41,245 bases of DNA from Microthrixaceae bacterium (GTDB lineage: Bacteria > Actinomycetota > Acidimicrobiia > Acidimicrobiales > Microtrichaceae). The notes under the pieces are model-generated. The model did no database searches. It saw nothing but the letters and a program-made list of their open reading frames with translations, and was not told where the DNA came from. The stretch covers positions 1 to 41,245 of the forward strand of contig JBATWQ010000117.1 of NCBI GenBank assembly GCA_049672765.1. Direction: 5' to 3'. A program made the position numbers and the translations under genes. Shown in pieces: positions 37,736 through 41,245 of the stretch (its first letter is position 1; the number at the start of each line of letters is the position of its first letter).

Positions 37736-38500
37736 TCAGGGAAGCGTCAGCACCTGGGGACCCTCCGGGGTGATCGCGATGGTGTGCTCGCTGTGGGCGG
37801 TGCGCGATCCGTCGGCGGAGCGGAGGGTCCATCCGTCCGGGTCGTGCACGACCTGGCTGGAACCTGCGGCGAACCAGGGCTCTATCGCACAGGTGAACCC
37901 GGGGCGCAGGGTGTAGCCGTGCCCGCGGCGCCCGATATTGGGTATCGAGGGGCTTTCGTGCATCGTGCGACCGATTCCGTGACCCCCGTATTCATCGTTG
38001 GGCTCATAGCCATACGAATGTGCGACCTCGGCGATGGCGTACGCGATATCGCCGATCCGGTTACCGGGATGGGCGACGTCGATCGCGGCCGTGAGTGCCT
38101 CCTCGGTCGCCCTGACCAGGCGAATGTCCTCCTTGCGAGGTTCACCGGCGATCACGCTGATTGCGGAGTCTCCGACCCAGCCATTCAGCGATACCGCCAT
38201 GTCCATGCTGAGCAGGTCGCCGTCACGCAGGACCGTGTCGTGGGGAAGTCCGTGGAGTACGGCGTCGTTCAGCGACAGACAGATCACGTTACGGAACGGT
38301 CCGTTGCCGAACGAGGGGGCGTAATCCCAGTAACACGAGACCCCTCCCCCAGCGGAAATCAGTTCACGCGCCCGAAGCTCGATGTCGAGGAGGTTGGTCC
38401 CGACCTTCACCATGGTGTGCAACTCACCGAGGATCGTTGCCACCAGTCTTCCCGCCTCGCGCATCTTGGCTACCTCGGCTTCGGTCTTGATCTCAATCAT
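37736..38500 (-). CDS. map: Methionine aminopeptidase, type I
   Basis: 254 aa with MIEIKTEAEVAKMREAGRLVA and metal ligands in ...DLLSMDMAV..., ...GGHGIG..., ...AIEP..., ...SEHTI.... A GGAGG SD is present. Confidence 0.95.
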   Translation of the reverse strand: MIEIKTEAEVAKMREAGRLVATILGELHTMVKVGTNLLDIELRARELISAGGGVSCYWDYAPSFGNGPFRNVICLSLNDAVLHGLPHDTVLRDGDLLSMDMAVSLNGWVGDSAISVIAGEPRKEDIRLVRATEEALTAAIDVAHPGNRIGDIAYAIAEVAHSYGYEPNDEYGGHGIGRTMHESPSIPNIGRRGHGYTLRPGFTCAIEPWFAAGSSQVVHDPDGWTLRSADGSRTAHSEHTIAITPEGPQVLTLP

Positions 38501-38512
38501 CAGCAGGCCTCC

Positions 38513-38527
38513 GGTATTATTATACCG
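38513..38527 (+). promoter_or_regulatory. AT-rich 15-mer box 1 (GGTATTATTATACCG); contains TATAAT on the minus strand upstream of map
   Basis: Read directly from the sequence. It matches the reverse complement of box 2 at 14 of 15 positions. The minus-strand TATAAT is at 38524-38519, 18 nt upstream of the map ATG. Confidence 0.45.
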
Positions 38528-38561
38528 CTATCTGCAGGAGATCTTGGCAACGTCCCCGGGC

Positions 38562-38576
38562 CGGTACAATAATACC
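38562..38576 (-). promoter_or_regulatory. AT-rich 15-mer box 2 (GGTATTATTGTACCG on the minus strand); contains TACAAT on the plus strand upstream of the XRE gene
   Basis: Plus-strand TACAAT is at 38565-38570, 35 nt upstream of the XRE ATG. TTGGCA lies 15 nt upstream at 38544-38549. Confidence 0.45.
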
Positions 38577-38605
38577 TGGCCGACCCACCCTTAAGGACTC
38601 CGACG

Positions 38606-38896
38606 ATGGTGCGTGCCCCGCTCACTCCCAAGCAGATTGCAGCCGGAAGACGACTTGGTCAGGCCCTCCGTGGCGCCCGTGGCGAGCGGTCACTGGCCGA
38701 CGTGGCGACTGCAGCCGGAATCTCCCACGAGACGTTGCGCAAGATCGAGACCGGTCGCCTTCCATCGCCGGCCTTCGGCACCGTCGTGCAGCTCTGCGGG
38801 GTGCTCGATCTGGATGTCGATGACATCGCCCGGGTCTGGATGCACGAGCCTGCCCCAATCTCTGTAGCCGGCGGAGAACGAGCCGGGGAGAACTGA
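38606..38896 (+). CDS. XRE-family helix-turn-helix transcriptional regulator
   Basis: 96 aa. LGQALRGARGERSLADVATAAGISHETLRKIETGR is a canonical Cro/C1-type HTH. An AAGGA SD is present. Confidence 0.85.
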   Translation: MVRAPLTPKQIAAGRRLGQALRGARGERSLADVATAAGISHETLRKIETGRLPSPAFGTVVQLCGVLDLDVDDIARVWMHEPAPISVAGGERAGEN

Positions 38897-38901
38897 CCGA
38901 A

Positions 38902-40614
38902 TCAGCGACAGGTGGTGCCCTCGGGTGCAACACCGGGAGTCCAGCCGGGTTGCGGCGGCGCGGTTGTCGTGGTCGATGTAGTGGTCGTGGACTCAGACGA
39001 GGTTCCCCCGCCCGACGCCCCGGCATCTACGCTTTCAGTACCAGATCCCGAGGTCGCGTCGGAGGCCTTCTCAGGCTTGGAAATGTGCTTGAAGTCGCTT
39101 CCCAGGCTGACAACCACCTTTCCCGCCGGGAGGGTTGAGTCCTCGACGAGTTTCGGGGCGGCGCTCAACCAACTGGCGGTCAACTCTGCCAGCGACTTCT
39201 GACCCTTCCGATAGGCAACCGTGGACCGGCTGAGAGCTCCCGTTCCGTTTCCGACATCCGATATGTGGAAGCCGCCGTCCGACAGCACATAGGAGACCCG
39301 ACGGCCTTCGCCGTCGGCGGCCGAGACGTTTCGCACCTCGACCGTCACGTTCTCGGGTGCCACCGGCGGCACCGTCGTGGTCGTGACCGGAGACGCCTTC
39401 GAAAGTCCGTTGAAGATGTCCAGGATCGGCTGGGCCGCCTCCTCGTCGAGGTACTCGACCTGGGCCCCTCCGGAGGTCCTGTGACTCGACGTGGGCAGGC
39501 TGTGGGTCTGTAGTCGTTCGGGGTCGAAGCTCGACAACCTGCGACCGAATGAGAGCAGGTCACCTGCACCCCACTTGTCATCCAGCTTGACCGAGTCGGC
39601 CGCCGCGTCGACGAGGGCCTTCAATTTTCGGACGTTGTTGAGCCCGAGAGTCTGGGACTTGTCGAGCGCGGCGCGGGTGAGGATCTGTTGGCGCGTCATG
39701 CGCCCGTAGTCGGCGGACGGATCCGATACCCACCGCGATCCGTTGCGCCATTCCAGGTGCCGGGATCTGGCGAAGGCGAGTCCCTGTTCGCCGTTGAGAA
39801 CCTGGCATCCCCTCTCGGTTATCGCAAGGCCGGAATGCTTGTCCCTTACGGGGTGGGAGAAGTACATCGGCACCCCGTCCAGCGCGTCGATCAGCGATCT
39901 GAATCCACTGAAATCGACCTCGACGAAGTGGTGGATGGGAATACCGAGGTTGTCCTGAATGGTGTCGACGACGGTCTGCGCCGACCGTGAATACGCAGTG
40001 TTTATGCGTTGTGTCTTGGAGGTTCCGGCAATTGGAACCCAGAGATCCCTGGGGATCGAAAGCAGATCGATGCGGTCGCTCTGTTGATCAACCCGGGCGA
40101 TCATCAGACTGTCCGAGCGCTGGCCCGTAGGGGATCCCTTGCCGATCATCCCGTCAGCACCCGGGTCTGAAGACGTGATCTTCGCTCGGCTGTCGGAGCC
40201 CACGATCAGGATGTTGATCGGCTTCGACGGCGCCTGCACGTCGGCCAGATTCACGTCGACCCGATCAATTCTGGCGAAGCTCCAGAAACCCCACGCGGCT
40301 CCTCCTCCGAGGATCACTGCTACCGCAAGAACACCCATGAGTACGCCGACCAGCACCCTTCTGCGACGACCTGTCCCGAGCACTTGGGGCTTGCCCGCCT
40401 TGCCGGAGCCGCCCGAGGAGCCATCCCGTCTAGGACGTCGGACGACCCGAATCTCCTCGGCGCCATTCGCGCCACCACGGCGAGGCGCGGAACCGTCGGG
40501 TCTGGGTCGGTTGGACGGAGGCGGAGGAGACTTCGGCACGGTCGATAGGGCCGTAGAGCCGCGGCGTGGACCCAGAGCGGGCCCAGCGCGACAAACAGCA
40601 CCGCGAAGATACAT
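38902..40614 (-). CDS. LytR-CpsA-Psr (LCP) family cell-wall glycopolymer ligase with a LytR_C-like C-terminal domain
   Basis: Basic cytoplasmic N-terminus, one TM (VLVGVLMGVLAVAVILGG), an LCP core (INILIVGSDSR...RSDSLMIARV...LLSIPRDLWV...RINTAY...) and a Ser/Thr-rich tail. The exact start is uncertain. Confidence 0.85.
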   Translation of the reverse strand: MYLRGAVCRAGPALGPRRGSTALSTVPKSPPPPSNRPRPDGSAPRRGGANGAEEIRVVRRPRRDGSSGGSGKAGKPQVLGTGRRRRVLVGVLMGVLAVAVILGGGAAWGFWSFARIDRVDVNLADVQAPSKPINILIVGSDSRAKITSSDPGADGMIGKGSPTGQRSDSLMIARVDQQSDRIDLLSIPRDLWVPIAGTSKTQRINTAYSRSAQTVVDTIQDNLGIPIHHFVEVDFSGFRSLIDALDGVPMYFSHPVRDKHSGLAITERGCQVLNGEQGLAFARSRHLEWRNGSRWVSDPSADYGRMTRQQILTRAALDKSQTLGLNNVRKLKALVDAAADSVKLDDKWGAGDLLSFGRRLSSFDPERLQTHSLPTSSHRTSGGAQVEYLDEEAAQPILDIFNGLSKASPVTTTTVPPVAPENVTVEVRNVSAADGEGRRVSYVLSDGGFHISDVGNGTGALSRSTVAYRKGQKSLAELTASWLSAAPKLVEDSTLPAGKVVVSLGSDFKHISKPEKASDATSGSGTESVDAGASGGGTSSESTTTTSTTTTAPPQPGWTPGVAPEGTTCR

Positions 40615-40714
40615 CGACGGCCCGGGCCCTATGAATCCTTACCGAACCTACCCTCAGAAATTGTGTGTTCGAACCTCGCCAGGGGCCTGGTCAGTGTCTC
40701 GTCCCAGGACCTGT

Positions 40715-41245
40715 TCAGGACTTGTCTGCGGCGGGAGCCTTGGGCTCCCGGGGCAGGCCGAGCACCTTCTCACCCACGATGTTCCTCTGGATCTGCGATG
40801 ACCCACCCCAGATCGTCTCGGAACGAGAGAAGAAGAACGCACCCATCATCAGGCTCACCGGATAGGTCGGACGCCCCTCACCGCGCAGCGCCGCGGGCCA
40901 CGAACCTGACTCGGGTCCGGAGGTTGAGAGCATCGACTCGGCTCCCCAGATGTCCAGGGCCAGTTCCATCGCCTGTTTGTGCATCTCGGACCAGAACAGC
41001 TTGTTGGTTGCGCCGAGCGCCATGACTGCGGGATCACGCCGCTTGTTGACCGTGGCCGACAGTGACCGCAGGCCATTGAAACGGATGATCTCGATCTTCG
41101 ACCAGTACCGGGCGAGCCCCTGACGGATGATGGGATCGTTGATCTTGCCGTTCTCCCTGGCCTTGTCGACCATGATCCGGTGTTCCTCGGCGAATCGTCG
41201 GAATCCCGTCGTGGCCGACATCCCACGCTCGAAGCCGAGCGTGTC
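40715..41245 (-). CDS. Acyl-CoA dehydrogenase, C-terminal domain (N-terminus lies beyond the right edge)
   Basis: The frame continues to the window edge (DTLGFERGMSATTGF...). The C-terminal ...ETIWGGSSQIQRNIVGEKVLGLPRE is the typical ACAD ending. Confidence 0.8.
   Translation of the reverse strand, partial: DTLGFERGMSATTGFRRFAEEHRIMVDKARENGKINDPIIRQGLARYWSKIEIIRFNGLRSLSATVNKRRDPAVMALGATNKLFWSEMHKQAMELALDIWGAESMLSTSGPESGSWPAALRGEGRPTYPVSLMMGAFFFSRSETIWGGSSQIQRNIVGEKVLGLPREPKAPAADKS

Noticed and set aside
32868-38579. Recurrence of the ACCGGT/CCGGTA core in three divergent spacers (hom/AAA+, argS/tRNA, map/XRE) as a possible shared operator
   Set aside because: The same hexamer is frequent inside coding regions (for example several copies within atpD), so with this base composition the recurrence is not distinguishable from chance without a genome-wide count.

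Overview
This is a high-GC, Actinomycetota-like chromosomal core segment. It shows frequent GTG/TTG starts, many 1-4 nt start/stop overlaps, and long spurious antisense ORFs. Almost the whole window is one minus-strand housekeeping supercluster. Read in the direction of transcription (right to left) it runs: argS-lysA; hom-thrC-(ApgM-like gene in the thrB slot); rho-rpmE-(unknown 337-aa gene)-prfA-prmC-(cNMP-binding protein); rpiB-glyA; wecA; a LivHM(fused)-LivG-LivF ABC operon with a coupled small membrane protein; and a complete F1Fo ATP synthase operon (atpZ-like, atpI-like, a, c, b', b, delta, alpha, gamma, beta, epsilon). A LigT-like gene follows at the left edge. The order matches, as far as I recall, the mycobacterial argS...atpC region. 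The genes that break that synteny are mostly on the plus strand: a D-aminoacylase-type amidohydrolase, a WbaP-type sugar transferase, a thiolase-like gene and a wHTH-AAA+ ATPase. At the right end are tRNA-Arg(CCG) lying divergent from argS, map, an XRE regulator, an LCP family protein and a truncated acyl-CoA dehydrogenase. I see no CRISPR array, transposase/integrase, rRNA or prophage signature, and I do not recognise a clear multi-gene defence or mobile system. The most promising unexplained items are: (1) the ApgM-like gene replacing thrB; (2) the uncharacterised gene translationally coupled to prfA; (3) the oppositely oriented wHTH-AAA+ ATPase splitting lysA from hom; (4) the binding-protein-less fused Liv transporter with a coupled 2-TM protein; and (5) several structured or repeat-bearing intergenic regions. 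All homology statements come from motif recognition by eye, not from searches.
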